NCBI GenBank assembly: GCA_963823665.1
Contig: CAWGMQ010000010.1
Span: forward strand, 640,001-704,000
Source: an uncultured Planctomycetota bacterium
Lineage (GTDB): Bacteria > Planctomycetota > Planctomycetia > Isosphaerales > Isosphaeraceae
Length of the DNA: 64,000 nucleotides
Direction: 5' to 3'
Part shown: positions 10,850 through 24,981 of the stretch, one piece after another
Layout: the number at the start of each line of letters is the position of its first letter
How positions within the stretch are numbered: position 1 is the stretch's first letter
Made by a program: the position numbers and the translations under genes
The notes under the pieces: generated by a model
What the model was told of the DNA's origin: nothing
Databases searched by the model: none
What the model saw: only the letters and a program-made list of their open reading frames with translations

Positions 10850-12650
10850 CGCCCGTTGACTGCGTCCGTTCCCGTTTTCCGTTTCGCGCCACGGCGTCCC
10901 GGATCACCGTCCGATCCCTGCATCCCCCGCTGCGCAGGTTCTTCGGCTTCCAGCCCCGGTATTCCCGCGCGTTCGGGCGCCACGCCGCTCCGGATCCGCC
11001 TGGCCGCCTCGGCATACCGTCGCGCCTTCTCCAGGCGCTCGGTCGGATCGTACCGATACCCGGCCACGCGCCGATAGTGCTCGCTCGTCCGATCGCACAT
11101 CGTCGCCCACTTTTCGGCGTCCATCCCGAAATGACGGGCGGAGTCATCCGCGTCAAAAGGGCTCGCTGCGCGGAACGAGGATCCAAGCACGTTTTTCCGG
11201 GCGAGCTCGCGCAACACCGCCTCTGCGAGGGCTGTCTGGCCCAGCAGGGTCGGGTGGTGCGTGTCCTGGATCACGTGGTCGTCGAGCAAGTGTCGCGGGC
11301 TGGCGGCGGCGAGCTCTACTCGCCCATCGATCAAGACGGACCGCTCATGCCGGGCGGCGACGCGGTCATAAGCGGCCCGCAGCCGCGCCGGGCACCGGAC
11401 CGGCAGCCCGTCGTTCTCGAGCGCGGCCAGGTAATGTTCCGCGGCGGCGGCAGGGCGCCCCGCGGCCTCCTCGAGGCGAGCCAGCCGGAAGTGCGCCTCG
11501 GCAAAGCCCGGATGGCGATCGAGAATCTTCCGGTACCGATCCGCCGTTACCAGGGCGTCGCTTGCCTTGCCCGCGCGGACCGCGCGGCACTCCCGCTCGA
11601 GCATGGTTCGTTCTTCTTGCGATACGTGAGCCGGCAGGCTCGAGCGGCTCGGCTCGTAATCGGCTTCATTCGCCGGCGGGATGATGAGCACCGGCACGGC
11701 GCCGATCTGTTCGCAGTAGGCCGTGATTGCCTCGAGGCGGGCCTCGAAATCGCGGCCGATCTCCTCGGCCTCGGCGGCGCTGCACTGGGGTGAGTCGATG
11801 AGCGTGTGACGCCCGTGCATCGAGGGCCCAACATCCAGCCGGTTCTTGCTGATCGTCTCATACGCAAGCCGGCAGAATGGCGAATTGAGGCTCGCCCTGT
11901 AGACGGGCCGGATCCAGCGATTGCCTGGCTCCTCATCCAGCCACCCTTCGCGCTCCTCTTCAAAACGCGCGGTGAACTCGTTGTGGCCCGAGTAGATGAT
12001 CACCATGTTCGGCCGCTGTTTGATTGCGGCCAGCTTGCGATGCTGGTCCTCGAGCGAGTCGCCCAGCCACGCCAGGATCTCGCACTCGAACCGGCGCCCG
12101 GCATGGCCTCGCCCAGCCGCCAGGCCACGATCTGCCCGACCGAAATCCACGGGCGATACGGCTCACCGAGCGCACTCGAGCCCCCCAGGACCACAATCCG
12201 GAACGTGTCGTCTGGCGCGTACCGGGAAGCTCGCCGGCAGCCTCGGATACCGGTGCATCCAGATCCGCCAGCCCGCTGAGCCCACCTCGAGCACGAAGAG
12301 CGACAGCAAGCACGAGCCCCCGAGCAAAACCGCCCGCGCCAGCGCCGGCCGCCTGCGCTGCGCCGGCGCGACCTGAAGAGAAGAAACGCCATGACCGGTG
12401 CCGCGACAACGGAGACCAGGAAAAGTGCCACATACCCGACCAGCACCGCACGCAGCAACCCCTCCGTCAACCCCCGGCGCACCCCTCGCGGCAAGAGCGG
12501 AACCCACGCCGAAATCACCAGCACGGCCGACGCCAGCAAGACGACCACCGCGATCAGCACGATAAGGCGAATCAACCGCCGATTCTGGAGTCCGCGCGCC
12601 GAAACTGGCTGCGGCGGTGCCCGGTCGATGCCCCTCGATCCAACGTTCAT
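10850..12650 (-). CDS. Membrane-anchored SGNH/GDSL-like hydrolase with TPR region (several frameshifts; 3' end uncertain)
   Basis: TM helices, RIVVLGGSSALG, YSGHNEF and DTHHPT motifs, plus TPR-like AEAHFRLARL, distributed over several frames. Confidence 0.65.
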
Positions 12651-12717
12651 CAGCGAATGGCCCGCGCGGAAAAACTCGACCGTTTCCTGCAGGGTCCGCC
12701 GTTGCGGACCGTCCGTC

Positions 12718-13323
12718 TTAAGCCAGCCCCGCAGAGGTGAACACCGATTCAATCGAAAACGCAAGCCCAGGCAGCAATCGAGTCCGATAGACTGTGGGCG
12801 GCGAAACAGTGGTCTCGGTCCAGCGCCCTCGCGACCTACGCAACACGATCATTGCCCTGCGCTCAGAATCGACGATCCAATACTCCTTCACACCGGCGCG
12901 AAGGTACTCTTCCGGCTTCTCGTTGTAGTCGCGATTTCGCGAGCTCGGTGAGACCACTTCAATCACAATCTCGGGCACCCAGCGCGTCCAGAATTCGTCA
13001 TCCTCGAATTCGGGCGGCGGTGTCAGATACACGGCCAGATCGGGATGCCGTTCAGAGCCCAGAGCGGCGATGGTGAGCTTACACTCGCTTCCCGATGCGA
13101 TCACCTCGATACGACCGAGATTCGCGGACTTGTAAGCCTGAAGCTGATCCCGCGTTGCCGCGACTTGAAGCATGTGCCGCTTCTTCGGTATCTCGACCAC
13201 AGTGATGATCCCCCGGCCCAGCTCGTAAAGGCGCCCTTCCTCCGCTTCCGCCTCGACAAAGTCGTCGAGTTCCATCGGCCGCCCATGGTCCGCCGGTCCG
13301 ATCTTGATGATGGTCTTGCTCAT
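12718..13323 (-). CDS. Uma2/DUF820 family endonuclease
   Basis: PDLAVY, PEIVIEVVSPSS..RDY..K..EY..AGV.EYWIVD. Confidence 0.9.
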   Translation of the reverse strand: MSKTIIKIGPADHGRPMELDDFVEAEAEEGRLYELGRGIITVVEIPKKRHMLQVAATRDQLQAYKSANLGRIEVIASGSECKLTIAALGSERHPDLAVYLTPPPEFEDDEFWTRWVPEIVIEVVSPSSRNRDYNEKPEEYLRAGVKEYWIVDSERRAMIVLRRSRGRWTETTVSPPTVYRTRLLPGLAFSIESVFTSAGLA

Positions 13324-13342
13324 GAAGCCCTCAAGATAGCGA

Positions 13343-15784
<2,442 letters not shown>

Positions 15785-15945
15785 GATCCGTTCCCACGAT
15801 CCGATCGAGTCGCCTCGATCCAGAACCCTCGCTCTCGACGCTCCGTCGATTCTACGAACATCCGCGGGGGAGGTCGATCTTTGTCTTCCCGGTGCCAGGC
15901 CGGGTCCGGCACCGTCTCGGCTTCACCGCGCAGAGCATCAGCCGC

Positions 15946-16650
15946 TCACCGGTAAAGTTGAAGACACCGCCATTCCACCACCCACCGCGTTCCTCTCCTG
16001 CTCAGCAGGTACACCCAGTCAGCGCCGTGCATGCCCATCGGCAATCCGAAGACGACGATTGCGGAATTGCCGTCTTTCGAATATCCAGGTGGCCTTGGCC
16101 ACAATGGGCGCGCCGGAGGCGGGTATTTCCTGAAAATCGCTGCTACTCCGGCATCGAGAGGGCTCTCCGATTTCCCAAGCATGGCGTCCAGGTTGTCTAA
16201 GATGATGCTAGATTTGGCGGGCTTGAAATCCGCCAGTGAGATCGCCGCCAGCGCTACGCGACGATCCAGGTCTTCGAGAGCATCCTTGGGAATGATTGGG
16301 ACATCATCGCTGTCGTCAGCCGAGGCTCGCCCGATCGGCTCGGCGATCCTGCTCAAGAACGGACCCGATGGGCTTGTCTTGTGATTGACGATCAATTTCA
16401 CGGGCGAGCCGCTCTTATCGTGGGTGGGATTCCGATCCCCGAAGTCATTGAGCGCGGCCTCGAGCACCGCGAAGTCCCTCCGCTTCACCGCGGCCTCGTC
16501 CTTCGGAAGCTCGGCCTCCGCGAGATATCGGACGGCTGATTGAATCGGTTGCTTGGGTCTGGCCCCTTTGGTCAAAACCGTGACGATCCCGAGCACGCCG
16601 CCCAGCGCGATGACCGACCCCAGAATGCCTCGAAGCACGCGTTTCCACAT
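15946..16650 (-). CDS. Hypothetical membrane-anchored protein
   Basis: 234-aa ORF with N-terminal TM segment and C-terminal PGYSKDG..AIV motif. Confidence 0.6.
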   Translation of the reverse strand: MWKRVLRGILGSVIALGGVLGIVTVLTKGARPKQPIQSAVRYLAEAELPKDEAAVKRRDFAVLEAALNDFGDRNPTHDKSGSPVKLIVNHKTSPSGPFLSRIAEPIGRASADDSDDVPIIPKDALEDLDRRVALAAISLADFKPAKSSIILDNLDAMLGKSESPLDAGVAAIFRKYPPPARPLWPRPPGYSKDGNSAIVVFGLPMGMHGADWVYLLSRRGTRWVVEWRCLQLYR

Positions 16651-16677
16651 TCCTGCATCACACTATCGTTCACCAGA

Positions 16678-17058
16678 TCAGGAAGTACCCAGCAAGCCGT
16701 TCCAGTCTTGCACTTTGGGATCGAGAATCCGCCTCGTCACGCGTTCCGGAAGTTCCAGGTCCAGAATCGACTCGACCGAGCGCCGGATCGCCTCGTCCGG
16801 TTCTCCGAACCGCGTTTCCCCCAGCATCAAGAGCAATCGCTGCGCCTCGCTGACGCGGCCCTCGATGAGGCCCTTGTCGAGGCCCTGTTTCAAGATCGCC
16901 TGGTATGTCGTCGATTCCTGCATATTTTGAACTCTTTCAAGCAAATGCATGGCGAACTCGTCGGTGAACCGTAATCCCATAAGCAGGTAGGTGGCTGTCC
17001 ACAGCATCCCCGCCCGCGTCTCGGGTTCTGCGTTGATTCGATCGGCCATTCGCTGCAC
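16678..17058 (-). pseudogene. C-terminal fragment of an Rpn-like/DUF4351-type protein
   Basis: ATYLLMGLRF, MQESTTYQAIL..G...G and LG..RFGEP motifs. No N-terminal part recognisable upstream. Confidence 0.6.
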
Positions 17059-17415
17059 GAGTTCCGGCAGCGCCGCTCGGTCTGTCGACGCACTGGGTGG
17101 GCGCTCGGCTTAGCCCTTATCATAGCGCGTGGCCCTCGCGGTGACCATCTGCCCCGGACCCCTCCCTTGACCAGCACTCGCGGGATTTTCCCGGCTCATA
17201 TTGAGTCGATGTCGAGCCGGTCCAGCGACCAATGCCTCGCGTGTGTGTTCACCAGCATCGCCACACTCGGCAACTTGGCACCGTTCAACCGGCTTTCGTC
17301 ATAAGGATATGATGGTGCGCGGCCCTCGGACGCCTTAAAGGTCGTTTCGTGGTCGCCTAAGTTATGAAGCGTTCGGCCATTGCGGTTTGGTTCCATGCGG
17401 CTGAAGGGATCTCCG

Positions 17416-18093
17416 ATGAAAGCACCTCGGCTGTGGAAATGTCTGCGAGTGTCATGCCTTATCGGCGGCTGCGTATCGCTCCGCGCGGCGCCCGCACGCG
17501 AAAAGCCTGTCACAGCAGAGCGCGCGCGGCCTGTTGCCGCGCTTCCGGCCGATGGAAAAGACCAGGCTCCCAGCGAGCCCAAACCCGATCAACTCGCAGT
17601 CACGCGCGAGAGGCTGTGGAGATCCTTCCCGGACGACATTCGCGAGATGGTTTACCGGTGGGATCCTCGTGACCCACGAAGTGAGGAGGACCGTCGACGG
17701 GCGCTGTTCGATTTCATGTACGAAGGGTTCGACAGCGCCGCGTGGATTCCGCAGTCCTTGTTCACACGAAAACAGTTATTAGCCCCATTCGGTGATCCTG
17801 ACGCCATCATCACGCGAACGATCGGGCTCGTCGGCTGGCCACAAAACCGCGCTTCGAAGACGTACGGAATGGCCCCTGAGCTCGCGCCGGGTCGGCCGTT
17901 GGCCTGGACCGCGAACTGCGTCACGTGTCACATCGCCGAGATCGATGGCGTTGTCTATCTCGGAGGCGGTGGAAAAGTGCTCGACGAGACCGTGCTCAAG
18001 CTGGCCGTCCAGGGCTTGACCGACAGGCGCTGGAGGGCCCAACTCCTCGACAATAACCGCCGCGCGCTGTTCGAGTATCTTAAGACAATGTGA
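17416..18093 (+). pseudogene. Probably internally deleted cytochrome c protein (single CxxCH)
   Basis: Signal-like N-terminus and NCVTCH, then an abrupt RRALFEYLKTM ending typical of much longer di-haem proteins. Confidence 0.5.
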
Positions 18094-18476
18094 TTCATTG
18101 ACCTCCTGGTATGTCGTCCATTCTCGCAACTTCTGCGTTCCTTCGAGCAACGGTGCGGCGAATTCGTTCGTGAGGATCGTTTCACCGGCAGCGGTCCCGC
18201 GCGTGAGGTTCGGCTCGAGCGCGACGCGTAGGGCCGGATCAGCGGCCTGCGCGCCTCGGGGTGGCCGTGTCGTGGGCGTATTGTTCCAAAAGCAGCCGTA
18301 GGAGGCACGTCCGCGTGCCGACTCTTCGGTGATCGACGATCACAGCACACGGGCCCTGAACCCACAAGCGGCCGTCATGCTCGACCAGGCGCTCTTGAAA
18401 TGCGACCGCCGATTCGGATAATTGTGGTTTTCCCCAAAAATCGACGATTCCGGATTGCGATCGGGAGAGCACGTTC

Positions 18477-18692
18477 GTGGCTGTACCAAAACGCCGTAAA
18501 TCACCATCAGCGCAAGGGATGCGGAGGAGCCACGATTTTCTGGTCGCTCCCGCATTGAGCATTTGTCCGCAGTGCAAGCTGGCCGTGCCGCCGCACAAGG
18601 TTTGCGATCTGGTCGAAGAATGTGGAAACATCCAGCGATCCAAGACGCACAGGCCGCTGGCGAAGAAAGAAAAAGAAAAGACCAAGAAGTGA
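18477..18692 (+). CDS. rpmF: 50S ribosomal protein L32
   Basis: MAVPKRRKS...MRRSH...CPQC....PHKVC. Confidence 0.95.
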   Translation: MAVPKRRKSPSAQGMRRSHDFLVAPALSICPQCKLAVPPHKVCDLVEECGNIQRSKTHRPLAKKEKEKTKK

Positions 18693-18716
18693 AGTGAATG
18701 AAAAGGAGAGGCTTCG

Positions 18717-19037
18717 ATGGGTCGCGAGTGTCCAGTCAGCGGTAAGAAGACCACGTTCGGCAATCACAAGACCGATCGCGGTAAGGCGAAGTACTTGGGC
18801 GGCGTCGGCAAGAAGACGACCGGCATCAGCCGCCGCACCTTCAAGCCGAATCTCCAGCGTATTCACATCTGGCTGCCCAACGGCAAGACAACCCACGTCC
18901 GTGTGGCCACTTCGGTGATTCGCAGCGGCGTGTTGACCCTCGAGGTCGACGGCAAGCTTCAGACGTTTCCGCTCATCAAGGCGGCGACGGGCAGCGCCGC
19001 GGCGCGTGAGAGGCTGAAAAACTTGTACCCCATCTGA
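18717..19037 (+). CDS. rpmB: 50S ribosomal protein L28
   Basis: MGRECPVSGKKTTFGN...GGVG...RRTFKPNLQ. Confidence 0.95.
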   Translation: MGRECPVSGKKTTFGNHKTDRGKAKYLGGVGKKTTGISRRTFKPNLQRIHIWLPNGKTTHVRVATSVIRSGVLTLEVDGKLQTFPLIKAATGSAAARERLKNLYPI

Positions 19038-19162
19038 GCCCGGTCGCGCGTCCTTTCGGCAAGCGACTGAGTGGACGGTTGCTCCGATACCCGCGGCGCG
19101 AAACGGCTGCGCACCATTTCCGGCCGCGGCCGAGTTGACAGTCATTGTCATTCGACCCAGAG

Positions 19163-19480
19163 ATGGCTCATAGCCTTACAATAACTCGCGAAGCGAAAGC
19201 GCAGTTCTCGCAACTTACCGCACGCGAGCGGCGCATCCTCGACGATGGAATCGCGTCCCGGCTCATCGATCAGCCCACACTGCCGTCCAACGCGATCAAA
19301 CAACTCAGACCAAACCCATTCGCGGGTTACGAGCTCAGACTGGGTGATCTCCGAGTGCTGTATAATGTGAACGAGGAAGATCGCGAAGTTGTCGTGGTGC
19401 TCGTTGGCCGCAAGCTAGGTGCGAAGCTCGAAGCGGGAGGCGAGGAATTTCATGGACACCAAGATCATCCAACTGAGTGA
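19163..19480 (+). CDS. RelE/ParE family type II toxin
   Basis: A..QF..L...ERR...I and YELRLGDLRVLYNV motifs. Confidence 0.8.
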   Translation: MAHSLTITREAKAQFSQLTARERRILDDGIASRLIDQPTLPSNAIKQLRPNPFAGYELRLGDLRVLYNVNEEDREVVVVLVGRKLGAKLEAGGEEFHGHQDHPTE

Positions 19481-19733
19481 ATTCCAGACGGACCCGGAAG
19501 GCGTCTTGAATCGATGCTACGACTCCGGTCAACCGCTGGTCGTTGAGTTACCGAACCGCGGGCTGGTGTCGATTCAGCCGGTGGATGCGAACGATGATCT
19601 CGTCGACGACTTGATCGAACACAATCCCGCATTTCGAGCCCTGCTGGCGAAGTCATTGGCCAGCCCGCGCGAGCCGTATCCGTTCGCAGCCGCGACCCGG
19701 GCCGACGCGGCGGCAGATCACTCCTCATCCTGA
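19452..19733 (+). CDS. Putative antitoxin (Phd/YefM-like N-terminus)
   Basis: Overlaps the toxin 3' end. [25 protein letters not shown] resembles the Phd fold. Confidence 0.6.
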   Translation: MDTKIIQLSEFQTDPEGVLNRCYDSGQPLVVELPNRGLVSIQPVDANDDLVDDLIEHNPAFRALLAKSLASPREPYPFAAATRADAAADHSSS

Positions 19734-21688
19734 TCCGTCTGCCGTAGCCGTGCCAGTACGCTCATGTCTTCAAGGGTCGTTGTATCGCCCGTGCTGTCGA
19801 CGCCGGCGGCGATGTCACGCAGCAGCCGCCGCATGATCTTGCCGCTGCGGGTCTTGGGAAGGGAGTCGGTGAACCGGATCTCATCTGGACGCGCCAGGGC
19901 CCCGATCTCCTTGGCAACGTGCGCCCGAAGCTCCTGCCGCAGCGGCTCGCTGGGTTCGCTGCCGGACTCCAGCGTGACGAACGCGGCGATTCCCTGGCCT
20001 TTCAAATCGTCGGGTTTGCCCACAACCGCCGCCTCGGCGACCAGGGGATGGCTGACGAGCGCGCTTTCGACCTCCATCGTCGAGAGCCGATGTCCCGCGA
20101 CGTTGATCACATCGTCGACCCGGCCCAGCACCCAGTAGTTCCCGTTCTCGTCGCGCCGGGCGCCGTCACCGGTGAAGTAGCACCCCGGGATGTCGCTCCA
20201 GTACTGCGCTCTTGTACCGCTCGTCGTCACCGTAAAGGGTGCGCAGCATCGACGGCCAGGGCTGTTTGATCACCAGAAACCCTCCGTGATTCGGTGGGCA
20301 GGAGCGGCCATCCCTGGTGACGATATCGGGGACGATGCCCGGGAACGGGCGGGTGGCCGAGCCGGGCACCGCCGGAATCGCACCGGGCAGCGGCGAGATC
20401 ATGATCGCGCCTGTCTCGGTTTGCCACCAGGTGTCGACGACCGGGCAGCGGCCGCCGCCGATGACGCGGTAATACCACATCCAGGCCTCAGGGTTGATCG
20501 GCTCACCAACGGTGCCCAGCAGCCGCAAGCTGGAGAGGTCGTGCCGGCGCGGGAATTGCTCGCCCCATTTCATGAACGCACGGATCGCCGTCGGTGCCGT
20601 GTAGAGAATCGACACCTGGAAGTCCTCGATGATCTTCCAGAAACGCCCCTCGTCCGGCCAGTTCGGCGCCCCCTCATACATCACGCAGGTGGCGCCATTC
20701 GAGAGTGGTCCGTACACGATGTAGGAATGCCCGGTCACCCATCCCACGTCGGCCGTGCACCAGAACGTGTCGTCGTCCTTGAGGTCGAAGACCCACTTGC
20801 TCGTGAGTGTGGTGCCCAGCAAGTACCCGCCTGTTGTGTGCAAGATCCCTTTTGGTTTGCCCGTGGATCCTGACGTATAGAGGATGAACAGCGGATGCTC
20901 GCTGTCGAGCGGCTCCGCGGGGCACACGGCGTGCGCATTGGATGCGAGCTCGTGCCACCAGTGATCTCGGCCGGCCGTCCAGTTCACCGGCGTGCCTGTT
21001 CGGCGGAAGACCACCACGTCCTTGAGAGAGGGAGAGGCTGCCGCCGCCGCGTCGGCGCTTTCCTTGAGCGGCACCAGCTTGCCGCGGCGATAGCCCGCGT
21101 CGGCCGTGACCAGCACCTTTGCCTTGCAGTCATTGATTCGCCCGGCCAGCGACTCCGCGCTGAAACCGCCGAAGATCACCGTGTGCGGCGCTCCGATCCG
21201 GCGCAAGCCAGAAGCGCGATGACCAGCTCCGGAACGAGCGGCATGTAAACGGCGACGACGTCCCCTTTGCGCACGCCCAACGACTTGAGTACGTTCGCAA
21301 ATTTGGATACTTCCCGCAACAAGTCCTGATACCGCAGCACCCGGCGCTCGCCCGGCTCGCCCTCCCAGATGATGGCTGCTTTGTTGCGGTTAGGCCCGTG
21401 GCAGTGCCGATCCACGCAGTTATAAGACGCGTTGAGCTTCCCGCCCACAAACCATCGCGCAAACGGCGGCTTCCATTCCAGCACATCGCTCCACGGCGTG
21501 CTCCAGTCCAGGAGCTTCGCCTGGTCGCCCCAGAACCCCGCTGGATCGTCCTTCGCTCGATTCCACAGTGCCTCGTATTGCGCGAGGCTGCCGATGTGGG
21601 CCTTCCTGGCGAACTCGTCCGGCGGAGGAAAGACGCGAGTCTCCTGCAGCACGCTGGTGATCGAACCGCCACCCTGGTTGCTCGACAT
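19718..21688 (-). CDS. acs: Acetyl-CoA synthetase (frameshifts near 21200 and 20210)
   Basis: [27 protein letters not shown] and [15 protein letters not shown] in three frames. Confidence 0.95.
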
Positions 21689-22180
21689 GTTCGCTGTCCC
21701 CCGCCAGTTGCATTCGAGAATGAAGTTGGATCGTATGGCCCTGCCCGCACCAGTCAATCCTCGACGACACCAAGGGGTTGCGATGAATGACCCGCCGATG
21801 GCCCGCCGACACTCGCGACCACGAGGCATTCGGGAGGAGCCAGAGACCCAATCTCTGGAGTGAGTTCCGGAGGAAGCCAGCCGCACGCGACCCGCACCGG
21901 TTCGTGTCCCGCAATTCCTGGAGCCTAGCGGCCGACGCCGCGCACAGTAGGCGCTGTACCAAGGTTGGTCAGCAATCGTGTGCGCTTGGGTAGGTCGCCG
22001 GCGCTCGCACGCGTCCGTTGCTGCGAACCGCTCGATGTACACGGCGGTGCTTCGGCCGTCTGCGCGCCAACTCGGCGACGCTGGTGCCGACACTTGGATG
22101 ATGGATGCGATCTCCACATCCAAGTGGTGGGAGTCTGCATGCCTTCCACTCGCTGAAGACGCGCGGCCGCGTGCGGCGCC

Positions 22181-22879
22181 TCACATCGCCGCAAAACTCG
22201 CCTCGAGCAAGAGCCACATCTCCAGCCGCTGAATTCGTCGCGCCAGCCGTTCCTGGGGCGTCCCCGGTTTTGCCGTCGTGCAGAGATCCGTCATGGCGGA
22301 AGCGCTCCACGCGTCCTTCAGGATGAGCTGCGCGGCGAGCGATGCGAGACCCTCCGCCTCGAACAGCGGCTTCGCCGCTTCGGCCAGCGGAATGAAAACC
22401 GGATGTCGCCCGACGCGCCGGAACCAGTACGCGGCATTGCCGGCATCGGGCTCACGCCGGTGACCAATTCCATGCCAGTATGCCGAAGTACCGCGCTCCC
22501 CTCGGTCGTCGGCCTGCTGGGCAGCGTGGTGGCTTCCTTCCCAGAAGTCGTGCACCTGCAACAGGCCTGCCGCCAGCGCCAGCCGCAGCGGATGAGGAAC
22601 ACTGGGAAACATCACCGCCAGCGCGGGCTCGGAAAGCGCCCGTAAGAGCTTGGGACGGCGCGGCTTGGCCTGCACAACCGCCGGGCCGAGCGAACTATCG
22701 TCGCCGAGTGCCTCCGCCGCGAGCGCTGCGATCAGGTCGGCAGGGCCAATCGTCCCACCTTTCGCCGCGCCCGCCCCGCCGCCTTCGACCCAGGCAACAA
22801 TCTCGGAGATCGGCGTCGCGCCCGCGCTCAAGCAGAGTTGTCCGTCACCGCTGGAAAGGCGATCTCGCAGGATTCCCAT
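22181..22879 (-). CDS. Conserved hypothetical protein
   Basis: SH..AQ, YWHGIGHRREPD..NA.YWF motif; 232 aa. Confidence 0.7.
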   Translation of the reverse strand: MGILRDRLSSGDGQLCLSAGATPISEIVAWVEGGGAGAAKGGTIGPADLIAALAAEALGDDSSLGPAVVQAKPRRPKLLRALSEPALAVMFPSVPHPLRLALAAGLLQVHDFWEGSHHAAQQADDRGERGTSAYWHGIGHRREPDAGNAAYWFRRVGRHPVFIPLAEAAKPLFEAEGLASLAAQLILKDAWSASAMTDLCTTAKPGTPQERLARRIQRLEMWLLLEASFAAM

Positions 22880-22953
22880 GGGGCCCTCACACCGTGTACC
22901 GGCCGGCTCGACTCACGAGCGGGACACAACAGCCGGTCGCCCTCGCCGGCTCG

Positions 22954-24981
22954 TTACAGCCAGCCTTTGAACCATTTGTAGATATCCTGAGACGTGACGA
23001 ACAGCATCAAGCACGCCACAAGGATCAACCCGACCCATTGGCCGGCGATGAGCGCCGAGTCAGGCAACGGCCGGCCGCGCACCTTCTCGGCGATCAGGAA
23101 CACCATCTGCCCGCCGTCCAGCGGCGGGATGGGCAGGAAGTTCAGCACCGCCAGGTTCACGCTCAAGATGCCCAGAAAAAACACCAGCACGGAGAGGCTC
23201 GTGCCGGCGGCGCTGTATCCCATCCTGAAGATCATGATGGGCCCGCCCAGGTGCTTGATGCTCACTCGCCGCTGGAACAAGCTTCGGAAGGTTGAATACA
23301 CGATCATGACTGTTCGGATCGTGCGGTGGAACCCGCTGTTCATCGCCTGGGTAAAGCCTTCGGCAGGCATCATCCGCCGCTGGCTCTGGAATTCCACCCC
23401 GCGAACCGGGTAGAACCACTCCGGTTCGGGCCTGGGCATGATGCGCATCGATCTGGTGCTGCCGTTCACGGTGAATTCGACATCCTGGTACTTACGATCT
23501 TGAACGCGGATGAACGCACCCCACCACGAGTCAGCCGATTCCTTCGCCGTGAACCACGTCGCCGGTGTCTCCTTGAAGTGGAACTCGACCTCGGCCGTCT
23601 TGGGCTTCTCGCCTTTCTTCGCGGGCTCGACCACTCGGAGCAAAAGCGCATCGATCACGTCCCCCGCCTTGAGTCCAGCCCAGGCCGCGGGCGAATTGGG
23701 CCGCACTGCGAGGATCTTGGGCTCGACTGGATAACAAAAGCCCAGGCCGGGCACGTCGACCGGCTCGTCTTCCTGCACAAAGTTCCGGTATGGCACACTG
23801 TCATCCGGCGTCGCGGTCAACGTCAGCGTGGCCGGCGCGCCGCCGGGGACTGGCCGTTCGACGAGAAACGTCATCGGCTTTCCGGCCTTCTCGCAGCAGA
23901 GATCGGGCAGGCGCAGCGGGTCGATGTCGTCGTTCCCGTCCACCTTCTTGATCCGGTCTCCCGGCCGAAATCCGGCAACATCCGCCGGCGAGCCCCTGCG
24001 TACGCCGCTGATCGGCTCGAGGGCGAACCGCAGGCCGAAGTCGACGAAATGGGCCGGGGGCAATGTCAAGTCCGTGGAAGACACCACGGCGCCGTGTTCG
24101 CCCTCTTCGGTGAGTTTGGTGCGCTCGATGTGCACCGTGAGCGGGCGCTTGCGGTACTTCGTGTTCAGCCGATCGTATTCGAGCGGCCCGCTGACGGGCT
24201 CCAGCTTCTCTCCCGCGGGTCCGGCCGAGACGACCACGTCGGCCCTCGTCTGTAGCTCCTTTTCGGGAATCTCTTCGTAAACCGCCGGTTTGTCGATGCC
24301 AGGGACCGGCCTGATTCCCCCGAGCTCCAGGCTATGGGCCGCCACCACGCCGATCGTCGGCCGGTCTGAAGTTTCGCCGGCGGACGGTTCCAGGTTGACT
24401 TCGACCGGGCTACTGCTCCCAGGCCGGTTGATCTCGAAATGCAACACCTGCCCCGTCGAGCTCAGCACCACCGTCTCCAGCAGATCGGCATACGCCAGGT
24501 TGCGTCTGCCGTCGATCGCCATGATCTCGTCTCCGGGACGAAGTCCCGCCTGGTAGGCCGGCGAGCCCGCCGTCACCCCGCCCAGCACCGGCGGCTGCTC
24601 CATTCGCGGGTTCGAGTAATAAAAGGCGAAGCAGCCGTACGCAAGGATCACGTTCATGATCACGCCCGCCGAGATGATCGCCATCCGCGCGCTTACCGAC
24701 TTGTTCGGGTAGGCGCGAGGATCGGTCGACCTGCTCGCTTCGCCGTCCGGCTCTTCACCCAGCATCTTGACGAAGCCGCCCAGGGGCAGCGCGGCGATCA
24801 CGTACTCGGTCTCGCCGCGGCGAAAGCCGAAGATCGTCGGGCCGAAGCCGATCGAGAATTTCTCGACCTTGACGCCGTTCCACTTGGCCATCAAGAAATG
24901 GCCCAGCTCGTGAATGAAGATCACGAGGCCCAATCCCAAGGCGATCTTCGCCCAGTTCATCGCCTGTATCAAGATCTCCAA
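22954..24981 (-). CDS. rseP: RIP metalloprotease RseP (site-2 protease with PDZ domains)
   Basis: HELGH, NFLPIPPLDGG and multiple PDZ SPA..AG motifs; directly downstream of dxr. Confidence 0.92.
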   Translation of the reverse strand: MEILIQAMNWAKIALGLGLVIFIHELGHFLMAKWNGVKVEKFSIGFGPTIFGFRRGETEYVIAALPLGGFVKMLGEEPDGEASRSTDPRAYPNKSVSARMAIISAGVIMNVILAYGCFAFYYSNPRMEQPPVLGGVTAGSPAYQAGLRPGDEIMAIDGRRNLAYADLLETVVLSSTGQVLHFEINRPGSSSPVEVNLEPSAGETSDRPTIGVVAAHSLELGGIRPVPGIDKPAVYEEIPEKELQTRADVVVSAGPAGEKLEPVSGPLEYDRLNTKYRKRPLTVHIERTKLTEEGEHGAVVSSTDLTLPPAHFVDFGLRFALEPISGVRRGSPADVAGFRPGDRIKKVDGNDDIDPLRLPDLCCEKAGKPMTFLVERPVPGGAPATLTLTATPDDSVPYRNFVQEDEPVDVPGLGFCYPVEPKILAVRPNSPAAWAGLKAGDVIDALLLRVVEPAKKGEKPKTAEVEFHFKETPATWFTAKESADSWWGAFIRVQDRKYQDVEFTVNGSTRSMRIMPRPEPEWFYPVRGVEFQSQRRMMPAEGFTQAMNSGFHRTIRTVMIVYSTFRSLFQRRVSIKHLGGPIMIFRMGYSAAGTSLSVLVFFLGILSVNLAVLNFLPIPPLDGGQMVFLIAEKVRGRPLPDSALIAGQWVGLILVACLMLFVTSQDIYKWFKGWL

